Shown in pieces: positions 28,972 through 37,712 of a stretch of 64,000 bases of DNA (its first letter is position 1; each line of letters begins with the position of its first letter). Origin of the DNA: Hoeflea sp. (lineage in GTDB: Bacteria; Pseudomonadota; Alphaproteobacteria; Rhizobiales; Rhizobiaceae); the NCBI GenBank assembly GCA_965216535.1, contig OZ244175.1, positions 6,570,791-6,634,790 on the forward strand, written 5' to 3'. Made by a program: the position numbers and the translations under genes. The notes below the pieces were generated by a model. That model saw only the letters and a list, made by a program, of their open reading frames with translations, had not been told where the DNA came from and did no database searches.

Positions 28972-29011
28972 GTGTCACAAAAGCTTCATTCTTTTGACAT
29001 CGGCCTGTCAC
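28972..29011 (+). promoter_or_regulatory. Tandem Pho boxes (PhoB sites)
   Basis: GTGTCAC-N4-GCTTCAT-N4-TTGACAT-N4-CTGTCAC: four heptamers at an 11-bp period matching CTGTCAT, upstream of ugpB. Confidence 0.7.
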
Positions 29012-29104
29012 TTGCCATAGCGTAGCTATCTGTCGTCCGCGACCGACAGGCCCTGGAGCTTTGTCGCTATCGGGGTCAATCAGACAATCTCTGGGGAGAC
29101 GCAT

Positions 29105-30421
29105 ATGACAATACGCAATCTATTCGCCGGCGCCATGGCTACCGCCATGACTGCCACATTTGCAATGCCGGCTTTTGCCGTCACGGAAATCACCTGGTGG
29201 CATGCCATGGGCGGCCAGCTCGGCGAAACCGTCAATGACATTGCTGAAAAATTCAACGCCTCACAGTCCGACTACAAGATCACACCGGTCTTCAAGGGCA
29301 CCTATGAGGAAACGATGACTGCAGGCATCGCTGCCTTCCGTGCCGGCGAACAGCCCAACGTCATTCAGGTCTTCGACGCCGGTGCGGCGACGCTGATCGG
29401 CGCTAAAGGCGCGGTCATTCCGGCCCAGGATTTGATGAACGAAAACGGCGTTCCGTTCAACATCGAGGACTACATCTCGGGCGTTCGCTACTTCTACGCC
29501 GACAGCGCCGGCAAGATGATCGGCATGCCGTTCAACTCTTCGACCCCGATCATGTACTACAACGAGGACGCTCTCAAAAAGGCCGGCGTAACACCGCCGA
29601 AGACCTGGGAAGAGTTCCAGTCGGTCACCGGACCGAAACTGAAAGAAGCCGGCTACGTGCCGCTGTCGCAGTCGCACCTGCCATGGATCTTTACGGAGAA
29701 TTTCTATTCCCGCCACAACCTGGAATTCGCCACCAAGGCCAATGGTTATGAGACCGGAACTCCGGTCATGCTGCTGAACGCCGACCCGATCAAGGGTCAC
29801 TTCACAGCGGTGAAGGAGTGGTTGGACAGCGGCTTGTTCGCCTGGTACGGCACCGGCTGGACCGACAACCAGAAGCCGTTCAACGAAGGTCAGGTCGCCA
29901 TGTGGCTCGGCTCGTCCGGCTCGTTCGGTGGCGTCAAGGCATCGGCGAAGTTCCCGTTCAACGCGACGTTCCTGCCCTATTGGGAATCGTTGGTCAAAGA
30001 GCCGACCCAGACCTTTATCGGTGGCGCCGCTCTGTTTGCCATGTCCGGAAAGCCGGCTGACGAAAACAAGGCCGTTGCCGAGTTCTTCAAGTTCCTGACC
30101 TCGCCGGAAGTCCAGTATTTCTGGCACCGTGAGACCGGCTATGTTCCGATCACCACGGCGGCTTATGACCTGGCCAAGAAGGAAGGCTACTACAAGGAAA
30201 CACCGCAGGCCGAGGTTGGCATCGAGCAGCTGACCCAGAAGGCTGGTGAGTGGACCAAGGGCTATCGCCTCGGATTCTACGTCCAGATCCGTGACGTGAT
30301 GAACCGGGAATACGGCAAGATCTTCGCCGGAGAGAAGGACGTCGATGCGGCCTTCGTGACCATCGAAGAAGAATCCAACAAGCTGCTTGAGCGCTTCGCC
30401 AAGTCGATGGGCAGCAACTGA
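29105..30421 (+). CDS. ugpB: sn-glycerol-3-phosphate ABC substrate-binding protein
   Basis: TEITWWHAMGG, FKGTYEETM, MPFNSSTP, IGGAALF, WHRETGYVPIT, GYRLG. Confidence 0.92.
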   Translation: MTIRNLFAGAMATAMTATFAMPAFAVTEITWWHAMGGQLGETVNDIAEKFNASQSDYKITPVFKGTYEETMTAGIAAFRAGEQPNVIQVFDAGAATLIGAKGAVIPAQDLMNENGVPFNIEDYISGVRYFYADSAGKMIGMPFNSSTPIMYYNEDALKKAGVTPPKTWEEFQSVTGPKLKEAGYVPLSQSHLPWIFTENFYSRHNLEFATKANGYETGTPVMLLNADPIKGHFTAVKEWLDSGLFAWYGTGWTDNQKPFNEGQVAMWLGSSGSFGGVKASAKFPFNATFLPYWESLVKEPTQTFIGGAALFAMSGKPADENKAVAEFFKFLTSPEVQYFWHRETGYVPITTAAYDLAKKEGYYKETPQAEVGIEQLTQKAGEWTKGYRLGFYVQIRDVMNREYGKIFAGEKDVDAAFVTIEEESNKLLERFAKSMGSN

Positions 30422-30452
30422 CAACTGGTATATAGTACCTGAAACAACAAAA

Positions 30453-30474
30453 ACGGGGCGCTACGGCGCCCCGT
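30453..30474 (+). terminator. Intercistronic stem-loop after ugpB
   Basis: ACGGGGCG-CTACGG-CGCCCCGT. Confidence 0.6.
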
Positions 30475-30500
30475 AGCGGCACTTTGGGGAGGCGCCACGC

Positions 30501-31382
30501 ATGGAGAAATCGCAGTTTAAATCGCCGCTCTATCCTTATCTCCTGCTGATTCCCCAGCTCTCGATCATCGTCATATTTTTCTACTGGCCCGCAGCCGAGG
30601 CCATCCGGTCTTCATTTTATCTTGAGGATCCGTTCGGCTTTTCCTCGACCTTCGTCGGCTTCGACAATTTTCGCGATATGGTGACGCGGTCGGACTATGT
30701 GGCAACGGCCCGGTTTACCGTCATCTTCTCCGTTTTGGTGACCTTCTTCTCCTTGGCCATCGCACTGCTTCTGGCGGTCACCGCAGACCGCGTCTTGCGC
30801 GGCGCGTCGACCTACAAGACGCTGTTGATGTGGGTCTATGCCATTGCACCGCCGGTCGCCGGCCTGATCGGCATTCTGCTGTTCGACAACCTGGTGGGTC
30901 CCATAGCCGAGTTCTTCCGAACTGTCGGATGGGATTTCAAGCTCGGCGTCAATCGGTTCGACACGGCCTTCGCGATGGTCACGATTTCCATCTGGAAGCA
31001 GGTGCCGGTCAACTTCATCTTCTTCCTCTCTGGTCTGCAGGGCATACCGAAATCGGTGCAGGAAGCGGCGGCCATCGATTGCGGCTCGTCGACCCGCCGG
31101 TTCTGGACCATCACGTTCCCGCTGCTCGCACCAACCGGTTTCTTCCTGTTGATCATCAACATAACCTACTCGCTGTTCGACACGTTTGGCGTCATCGACG
31201 TCGTGCTGAAGGGCGAGCCCGGCAACAATCCGGTGACACTGGTCTACAAGGTTTTCCTGGACGGCTTCCGCGGCAATGACCTCGGCGGCTCTTCAGCCCA
31301 GTCTGTCATCCTGATGATCCTGGTTCTCGTCTTAACGATCTTTCAATTCCGAATGATCGAGCGACGAGTGCACTACAGCTGA
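30501..31382 (+). CDS. ugpA: Glycerol-3-phosphate ABC permease
   Basis: EAAAIDCG, RRFWTITFPLL, LGGSSAQSVILM, ERRVHY. Confidence 0.92.
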   Translation: MEKSQFKSPLYPYLLLIPQLSIIVIFFYWPAAEAIRSSFYLEDPFGFSSTFVGFDNFRDMVTRSDYVATARFTVIFSVLVTFFSLAIALLLAVTADRVLRGASTYKTLLMWVYAIAPPVAGLIGILLFDNLVGPIAEFFRTVGWDFKLGVNRFDTAFAMVTISIWKQVPVNFIFFLSGLQGIPKSVQEAAAIDCGSSTRRFWTITFPLLAPTGFFLLIINITYSLFDTFGVIDVVLKGEPGNNPVTLVYKVFLDGFRGNDLGGSSAQSVILMILVLVLTIFQFRMIERRVHYS

Positions 31383-31393
31383 GGGCGTTTGCG

Positions 31394-32311
31394 ATGACTA
31401 CTTCGGACATTCATCTGGACCCGTCGAAAACAGAAACGCTGACGGCCGCCGGGCACCACAAGAAACGTTTCCGCTGGGGCATCGTGATCGATCACGTCGT
31501 GCTGATCGCCGGTTCCCTCTTCATGCTTTTGCCGGTGCTGGCGGCCTTCCTGACCTCGAGCCACGACAACATCACGGTTCACAGCAGCGGCTTGCAAATG
31601 ACCCTCGGCGATCATCTCGGCGAAAACTACTACAATGCGATGCTGGTTCCGGGCGGCTTCACCAAGACGGTCGACGGCATGAGCATGCTGATGAACTCGT
31701 TCATCCTCGGCATCGGCTTTTCCGTCGGCAAGATCATCATATCGATGCTTGCCGCCTATGCCATCGTCTATTTCCAGTTCCGCTTCGCGACACTCGCGTT
31801 CTGGCTGATCTTCACCACCCTGTTGCTGCCGCTTGAGGTCCGCATCCTGCCGTCCTACGAAATCGTCCAGGGACTGGGGCTGACCAACACCTACACTGGC
31901 CTGATCGTGCCGCTGATTGCTTCAGCCACCGGAACATTCTTCTTCCGGCAGTTCTTCAAGTCGGTGCCGAACGAATTGATCGAGGCGGCCCGCATCGATG
32001 GCGCCGGGCCGGTAAAGTTTTTCTTCGACATTCTCGTGCCGCTGTCAAAAACGATGATTGCGGCAATCTTCATCATCATGTTCGTGTTCGGCTGGAACCA
32101 GTATCTGTGGCCGACAATCATGACCACCGAGGAAGGCTTCTTTACCCTGGTCCGCGGCATTTCGCAGATCATGCAGGTCTTCATCGGCTCGCAGATCCCG
32201 GACTACGGTGAAGCGATGGCGCTTGCTGTTGTCGCCATGCTGCCGCCGGTGCTGATCGTGGTCTTCTTCCAAAGATGGTTCGTCAAGGGCCTTGTGGAAT
32301 CGGAAAAATAG
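31394..32311 (+). CDS. ugpE: Glycerol-3-phosphate ABC permease
   Basis: LPLEVRILPSY, EAARIDGAG, WNQYLWP, FVKGLVESEK. Confidence 0.92.
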   Translation: MTTSDIHLDPSKTETLTAAGHHKKRFRWGIVIDHVVLIAGSLFMLLPVLAAFLTSSHDNITVHSSGLQMTLGDHLGENYYNAMLVPGGFTKTVDGMSMLMNSFILGIGFSVGKIIISMLAAYAIVYFQFRFATLAFWLIFTTLLLPLEVRILPSYEIVQGLGLTNTYTGLIVPLIASATGTFFFRQFFKSVPNELIEAARIDGAGPVKFFFDILVPLSKTMIAAIFIIMFVFGWNQYLWPTIMTTEEGFFTLVRGISQIMQVFIGSQIPDYGEAMALAVVAMLPPVLIVVFFQRWFVKGLVESEK

Positions 32312-32320
32312 GAAAAAAGA

Positions 32321-33382
32321 ATGGCCCAGGTTCTCATCGACAAGGTACGCAAGGTCTATCCGAACGGGACTGAGGCGCTGACCCCATCCTCACTCTCCAT
32401 TCGCGACGGTGAATTCATCGTGCTGGTCGGCCCGTCCGGTTGCGGCAAGTCGACATTGCTGCGCATGGTCGCCGGACTCGAGGATATTACCGAAGGGACG
32501 GTTTCCATCGGCGAACGGGTCGTCAACGATCTCGATCCGGCGGAGCGCGACATCGCCATGGTGTTTCAGAACTACGCGCTCTACCCGCATATGTCGGTTT
32601 ACAAGAACATGGCCTACGGACTGAAAAACCGTGGCCGATCGAAAGAAGACATCGACGTGGCGGTGCAGAAGGCGGCGAAGCTGCTGCACATCGAGGAATT
32701 CCTGGAGCGGCGACCGAGCCAGTTGTCAGGTGGCCAGCGTCAGCGTGTTGCCATGGGCCGGGCGATCGTTCGCGATCCATCGCTGTTCCTGTTCGACGAA
32801 CCGCTGTCCAACCTCGACGCCAAGCTTCGCAATCAGATGCGCATTGAAATCCGCAAGCTGCAGCGGGAGCTCGGTGTCACCTCGATCTACGTCACGCACG
32901 ACCAGATCGAAGCGATGACCATGGCCGACCGGATCGCAGTGCTGAACACGGGAACGATCGAGCAGATTGGCACGCCTTCTGAAATCTATCACGCACCTGC
33001 CAGCATCTTCGTCGCCAGTTTCATGGGCGCACCGCCCATGAACATTCTGGACGGCCACTACAACGGCAATGGCGGCCTGGAGATCAAGGATCTGGGCCAT
33101 GTTGCCGTCGACCACCAATTGGCGACGACCGGTGACATCCAGGTCGGTATTCGCCCGGAGAACGTCGAAATCCATCAAAACGAGATGGAAAACACCGTTC
33201 CGATCAAAGTCGACTTTCTGGAAGAACTGGGCGCCGGTCGATTGTTGCATACGACCATCGGCTCGACCCACTTCGTTGCCCATCTCGACAACGAGCACCC
33301 CATTGACGGCGACCGGGTCTTCGCCCACCTGCCGGCGCGAGCTCTTCACCTGTTCGATGCGGCCACCGGACGACGCGTCTGA
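32321..33382 (+). CDS. ugpC: Glycerol-3-phosphate ABC ATPase
   Basis: [30 protein letters not shown]-terminal TOBE region. Confidence 0.92.
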   Translation: MAQVLIDKVRKVYPNGTEALTPSSLSIRDGEFIVLVGPSGCGKSTLLRMVAGLEDITEGTVSIGERVVNDLDPAERDIAMVFQNYALYPHMSVYKNMAYGLKNRGRSKEDIDVAVQKAAKLLHIEEFLERRPSQLSGGQRQRVAMGRAIVRDPSLFLFDEPLSNLDAKLRNQMRIEIRKLQRELGVTSIYVTHDQIEAMTMADRIAVLNTGTIEQIGTPSEIYHAPASIFVASFMGAPPMNILDGHYNGNGGLEIKDLGHVAVDHQLATTGDIQVGIRPENVEIHQNEMENTVPIKVDFLEELGAGRLLHTTIGSTHFVAHLDNEHPIDGDRVFAHLPARALHLFDAATGRRV

Positions 33383-33401
33383 ACCGGAGCAGGTTCGACA
33401 T

Positions 33402-33923
33402 TCACTTCAGGTTGATGCGTTGCTGTACCTCGACAGGTGGAAAGGTAACGCAATCAACTGCATCAAAAAGCACTTCGAACGGTTCGAGAGGCTGTTCAAC
33501 CAGAGCCAGCGCCGCATCGCGATTATCGTCCGTGACTGCGGTTCCCAGTGTGCAATGCGGAACCCAGTTCTGCGGCCGATAGTGATCGTGGCAAAACCGA
33601 GGTTCTATCTGCTCGTGAAGTGATCGATGCAACCCTTCGAGTTCCGCCGCGTTCGCCGGTTTGGCCCACAGGATCAGAGGCGATGCGGAAAAGCTGCTGA
33701 GCGCTTCAAACCGCACACGCAAAGCGACCCGACCTGCGAAGACCGCATGTGCGACATCGGCAAGGGTGCTGGCTTCGACATCATCGTATATGGCGAGTGT
33801 GATGTGCGGTGGGTAGTGCATTGCAATCATCGACGGCGATGCTTCCCACTGTCCGACGCAATCCCAAAGGTCGCGCAACGGTGCAGCACTTGCATTGCTT
33901 GCGGTTATGCAGATTGCTTGCAA
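33402..33923 (-). CDS. 2H phosphoesterase (2'-5' RNA ligase superfamily)
   Basis: Two HxT motifs: PPHITL and VPHCTL. Confidence 0.85.
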   Translation of the reverse strand: MQAICITASNASAAPLRDLWDCVGQWEASPSMIAMHYPPHITLAIYDDVEASTLADVAHAVFAGRVALRVRFEALSSFSASPLILWAKPANAAELEGLHRSLHEQIEPRFCHDHYRPQNWVPHCTLGTAVTDDNRDAALALVEQPLEPFEVLFDAVDCVTFPPVEVQQRINLK

Positions 33924-33975
33924 AGTTTCGGTCCCATTGTGCCACGGTTCCTACCGCCCACAGGAAGCAGCTCCG

Positions 33976-34104
33976 CTAACGCATGTTCGGGACCTTGCCT
34001 TGCGATGAAACGGGTCGGTCCTTGAGCAAGGGACCGTCTGATGTCGAAGTGCAGGACGACATGGCTATTGCCGCCGCGACAATCAGCAGAATACGCAGAA
34101 TCAT
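33976..34104 (-). CDS. Micro-lipoprotein 1, 42 aa (not in ORF track)
   Basis: GAGGAGG SD, then MILRILLIVAAAIAMSS-C-TSTSDGPLLKDRPVSSQGKVPNMR-TAG; lipobox-like MSSC. Confidence 0.85.
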   Translation of the reverse strand: MILRILLIVAAAIAMSSCTSTSDGPLLKDRPVSSQGKVPNMR

Positions 34105-34148
34105 GGAAGCCTCCTCAATACACACGGCAGATCTGGGACAGCCGATTG

Positions 34149-34286
34149 TTATGTCAGATAGTCGTATCCATTCTGAACTTTGCCCTGCGTCGAGACGGGC
34201 CGGTCTTTCAACAACGGGCCATCAGACGTTGACGTACAGGAAGATAGGGCGATTGCGGCAACTGCAAACAGCAAAACACGTAACAT
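34149..34286 (-). CDS. Micro-lipoprotein 2, 45 aa (not in ORF track)
   Basis: GGAG SD, then MLRVLLFAVAAIALSS-C-TSTSDGPLLKDRPVSTQGKVQNGYDYLT-TAA; lipobox LSSC; paralog of 33976-34104. Confidence 0.85.
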   Translation of the reverse strand: MLRVLLFAVAAIALSSCTSTSDGPLLKDRPVSTQGKVQNGYDYLT

Positions 34287-34320
34287 CGCGGAATTTCTCC
34301 AAATTGGTGTCACACCCGGT

Positions 34321-35733
34321 TCAAGCCTGTCTCTCGACCTTTTGAGGCGTCTCGGTGATCGGCATTTGCAACTCGATCACCTCCGGCAAGGACAGAACAG
34401 CGATCTCCTGCGGATCCGCTACTCCTTCCAACAGATCGGTCCGGAACTCGACCTGAAGCGGGCCGTCATATCCCTTGCCGATCGCCTCTCGATAGGTATC
34501 TGCGGCCGCAATCAGTCGCGAGCCGAGCACCTTGTTGTGTTTCTCAAGTTTTGCCGAATAGTTGACCGCCGATCCGATTACGGTGATCTCCAGGCGGTTT
34601 TCCTGTCCAACCGCACCAAAGGCAACCTGGCCTGAAGCAACGCCAATACCGATGCCTGCCGCCTGGATCGGTCCCAGTTCCGGATCGTCAGCGCGCCAGT
34701 CATCAAGGTCACGCAAAATGCGCTCTGCCGCCTCAATGGCCTTGGCCGAACCGGCCGCTCGATCGCCGGTGCCGAATGTCGCCATGATGCCGTCGCCCAT
34801 GAATTTGTCGATGACCCCGCCGCAATCCTGAATGATCGGCACCACCCTGCTCTGGTAGCTAGAAAGCGTGCGCATGACCTCGGAGGCCTCCATTTTGGCT
34901 GCCATGCGCGTGAACCCGCGAATATCGGCAAACAGAATCGCCACCTGGCGGTTCTCTCCCTTGCCGGCCTCAAGCTGTTCCGCGCTCTCGCGGATGCCAC
35001 TGGCAATCGAGGTATCGAAAAAGCGCGACAAGTCTTTGGCCGCAACACCTTCGGTAGCCGCGCTGACCAACAGATTGTTCGACGCATTGACCACCAGGGT
35101 CAGCACGGCGGTCACCAGGAGAACCGACAGGATCTTGTCGATCTCGGCGCCGATCAGAATGGAATTCGACGTCAGATATTCGACATAGGAGCGGGTCAGC
35201 ATATTGTCGCCCGGGTCGATCCGGGTCACGTAGAAGATGACCGAGGCCCAACCGACCGCCGCGACCACGCCGGATACGATGACGAATCGCGATTCAAAAC
35301 GCAGCGCCCTCAAGGCGATGAAGATGAACACGTAAAGCAGCGTCGGCGCTTTGAGGATGAACGAGGCGGGCTGCATGTATTGAACATGGAAACTGATCAT
35401 CAGCCCATAAAGCAGTGCAAAGTCGAACAGGATCGATCCGTATACCGCCCAATGGGGTACTCGAAACCGAATCGACCAGATGAGGCCTATAACGCTGATC
35501 AGCATGTAAGCGCCGAGCACGTAAGGAACAGGTGAAAATGCCTCGTCCGGGCTTGTTTTCGGGCTGATCGCGTAGATCGATGAAAACAGGATGACGATGG
35601 TCAACTGGATCAGGCGCGCCATGATTTCATTGGCCCGCTCGCGCTCTGCAAGCGCGGTCTGGACACGTCCTGGCAACTGGTCGCGCCGGGGTCCCGGGCG
35701 AAAATGCCTCGTTACGAAATCAAATAGGGCCAC
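34321..35733 (-). CDS. Membrane-anchored class III adenylate cyclase
   Basis: Several N-terminal TM helices; LFADIRGFT, IDKFMGDGIM, GIGVASG, ITVIGSAVNYSAKLE; GGAG RBS before GTG. Confidence 0.9.
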   Translation of the reverse strand: MALFDFVTRHFRPGPRRDQLPGRVQTALAERERANEIMARLIQLTIVILFSSIYAISPKTSPDEAFSPVPYVLGAYMLISVIGLIWSIRFRVPHWAVYGSILFDFALLYGLMISFHVQYMQPASFILKAPTLLYVFIFIALRALRFESRFVIVSGVVAAVGWASVIFYVTRIDPGDNMLTRSYVEYLTSNSILIGAEIDKILSVLLVTAVLTLVVNASNNLLVSAATEGVAAKDLSRFFDTSIASGIRESAEQLEAGKGENRQVAILFADIRGFTRMAAKMEASEVMRTLSSYQSRVVPIIQDCGGVIDKFMGDGIMATFGTGDRAAGSAKAIEAAERILRDLDDWRADDPELGPIQAAGIGIGVASGQVAFGAVGQENRLEITVIGSAVNYSAKLEKHNKVLGSRLIAAADTYREAIGKGYDGPLQVEFRTDLLEGVADPQEIAVLSLPEVIELQMPITETPQKVERQA

Positions 35734-35984
35734 GGCTTTTCTCCGTTGGTTCCACTAATACAGCGGTGAACCAATCCCGTCCCATATAGGTCGGGCGACC
35801 TCACATTATCAGTTTCCGTGATGGCTTGTGCATCAAATCGCTCGCAACCGCGCGTGATGGCCTGTTGATGCAATGTGAACACACTCTGGGAAGCGATGGT
35901 CAGGCTTTGCTGATTTCGGCTTTCCGCCGCCGCTACAACCGCGTATGCTTGAGTCGTGTTCAATTATTGAAAGGAGGTGGTCAG

Positions 35985-36065
35985 ATGTCGAGTGAGTTTA
36001 CCGGACGGAATACCGGTGTTGAGGGGAAAGTCCCGGCATCAGAGCAGCCTCTGGAGCTGGTGTGA
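35985..36065 (+). CDS. Putative 26-aa small ORF MSSEFTGRNTGVEGKVPASEQPLELV
   Basis: Perfect AAGGAGGT SD (35971-35978) 6 nt before the ATG. Confidence 0.45.
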   Translation: MSSEFTGRNTGVEGKVPASEQPLELV

Positions 36066-36116
36066 CTCTCAAGGGATTAGCGATTTAATCCACACCGGTA
36101 TTTTCCGGACCTCACG

Positions 36117-36142
36117 GGGGGTGCCTTGCGCACCCCCTTTTT
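36117..36142 (+). terminator. Intrinsic terminator
   Basis: GGGGGTGC-CTTGC-GCACCCCC-TTTTT. Confidence 0.8.
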
Positions 36143-36165
36143 CATTTCGGCGTGAAGGTTTGCCG

Positions 36166-36939
36166 TCAGATCGCCAGATATTCGTTGCGCAGGTCTTCGT
36201 CGTCCAACACATCCTGTGCCTTGCCGGTGTAAACCACCTCGCCCATGTCGACGATTACGGCTTTGTCGGCGAGCTTCAGCGCAGCCACGGCATTTTGTTC
36301 AACTATGATCGTTGTAATGCCGATTTCCTTGATCTGGCGCACGATCTTCTCGATTTCCTGAACGATCACCGGCGCGAGGCCCTCGTAAGGCTCATCGAGC
36401 AGAAGCAGCTTGACGTCACGGGCCAGCGCTCTGGCGACGGCGAGCATCTGTTGCTCGCCACCTGACAACGTCGTGCCGATCTGGGTGCGACGCTCCGCAA
36501 GGCGCGGGAAGTGTTCGTATATCCGTTCCAATTCCCAACCGCGCGGCTCCGACACCTGGGCGAGCACCAGATTTTCCTCAACCGTCAGACCGCCGATAAT
36601 GCGCCGGTCTTCCGGCACCAGTTGCACGCCCAACTGAGCTGCCTGGTAGGACTGCTTGTCATGCAGGCTGGTGCCGCCGAGATAGATCTCGCCCTTGTGC
36701 AGCGCCGGGTCGTCGACGCGAGCCAGGGTGCGCAGGGTGGACGTCTTGCCAGCGCCGTTGCGTCCGAGAAGAGCCAGGATCTCGCCCTCCTTGAGGTCGA
36801 AGGAAATGCCCTGGACGATATAGGACTCGCCGTAATAGGCGTGGATATCCCGAACACTGAAAAACGAGTCTTCAGGAGATCCGGCGACGGTCAGCTGGTC
36901 ATCGAGCGGCAGATCGCTCGCATCGGTCTTTTTCAGCAT
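36166..36939 (-). CDS. LivF-like ABC ATPase
   Basis: GRNGAGKTS, LSGGEQQM, DEPYEGLAP. Confidence 0.9.
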   Translation of the reverse strand: MLKKTDASDLPLDDQLTVAGSPEDSFFSVRDIHAYYGESYIVQGISFDLKEGEILALLGRNGAGKTSTLRTLARVDDPALHKGEIYLGGTSLHDKQSYQAAQLGVQLVPEDRRIIGGLTVEENLVLAQVSEPRGWELERIYEHFPRLAERRTQIGTTLSGGEQQMLAVARALARDVKLLLLDEPYEGLAPVIVQEIEKIVRQIKEIGITTIIVEQNAVAALKLADKAVIVDMGEVVYTGKAQDVLDDEDLRNEYLAI

Positions 36940-36940
36940 G

Positions 36941-37699
36941 TCAGTGTGCTCCACCAAGATAAGCTTCCTGTACTTTCGGATTACCCTTGATCTCGTCCGG
37001 TGTTCCCGACGCGATGATCCGGCCCTGTGCCAGAACCGAGATCTTGTCGGCAAGTGAGAACACCACATGCATGTCGTGCTCGATGATGACCTTAGTCATA
37101 CCACGCTCCTTGATGGTCTTCAAAAGGTCGACCGTCCTGTTGGTATCATGGCGAGACATACCGGCGGTCGGTTCGTCGAGCAGCAGCAGTTTCGGATGCT
37201 GCACCAGGCACATGGCAAGTTCCAGCCGGCGCTTGTCGCCGCGCGAAAGCGACGCGGCTTCCTGATCCGTCAGCGCCGCCAACCCGACTTCCGACAGCAC
37301 CTTTTCCGCCTCCTCCCGTATCTCGGTTTCCCGACGCAGCTTGACGAAGGGGCGCAGGCTGAAGGAGCCGTCCCGATGGGCAAAAGCCGGGATCATCACG
37401 TTTTCCAGGAGTGTCAGGTCCGGAAAAATTTCCGGCGTCTGGAACACCCGGCTCACGCCGAGCTGGTTGATCTCATCGGGCGTGTGCTCGTCCAGAACGT
37501 CGCCGTTGAAGACCACATGACCCCGATCCGGCTTGATGCGGCCGACACAGACATTGAGCAGGGTCGATTTGCCGGCACCGTTTGGGCCGATGATGGCATG
37601 GATCGTGCCTTCTTCGACATTCAGGTCAACGTCGCTGAGCGCGTGCAGACCGCCGAAGCTTTTGTGTACGTCCGTGACGTGGAGAACGCTGTTTTTCAT
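36941..37699 (-). CDS. LivG-like ABC ATPase
   Basis: GPNGAGKST, DEPTAGM, EHDM, VQEAYLG. Confidence 0.92.
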   Translation of the reverse strand: MKNSVLHVTDVHKSFGGLHALSDVDLNVEEGTIHAIIGPNGAGKSTLLNVCVGRIKPDRGHVVFNGDVLDEHTPDEINQLGVSRVFQTPEIFPDLTLLENVMIPAFAHRDGSFSLRPFVKLRRETEIREEAEKVLSEVGLAALTDQEAASLSRGDKRRLELAMCLVQHPKLLLLDEPTAGMSRHDTNRTVDLLKTIKERGMTKVIIEHDMHVVFSLADKISVLAQGRIIASGTPDEIKGNPKVQEAYLGGAH

Positions 37700-37712
37700 T
37701 GTCCGGGTCCTC

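Larger units (their letters stand above)
35970..36142 (+). ncRNA. Candidate structured small RNA carrying a small ORF
   Basis: Long interrupted stem: GTGAG/CTCAC, CCGGA/TCCGG, AATACCGGTGT (36009-36019) / ACACCGGTATT (36092-36102), followed by an intrinsic terminator. The 5' end is approximate. Confidence 0.6.

Noticed and set aside
29261-30424. 387-aa minus-strand ORF
   Set aside because: Shadow of ugpB.
33983-34635. Plus-strand ORFs 33983-34345 and 34180-34635 with similar peptide text
   Set aside because: The similarity is the antisense image of the two micro-lipoprotein genes; SDs, lipoboxes and the synonymous-change pattern all favour the minus strand.
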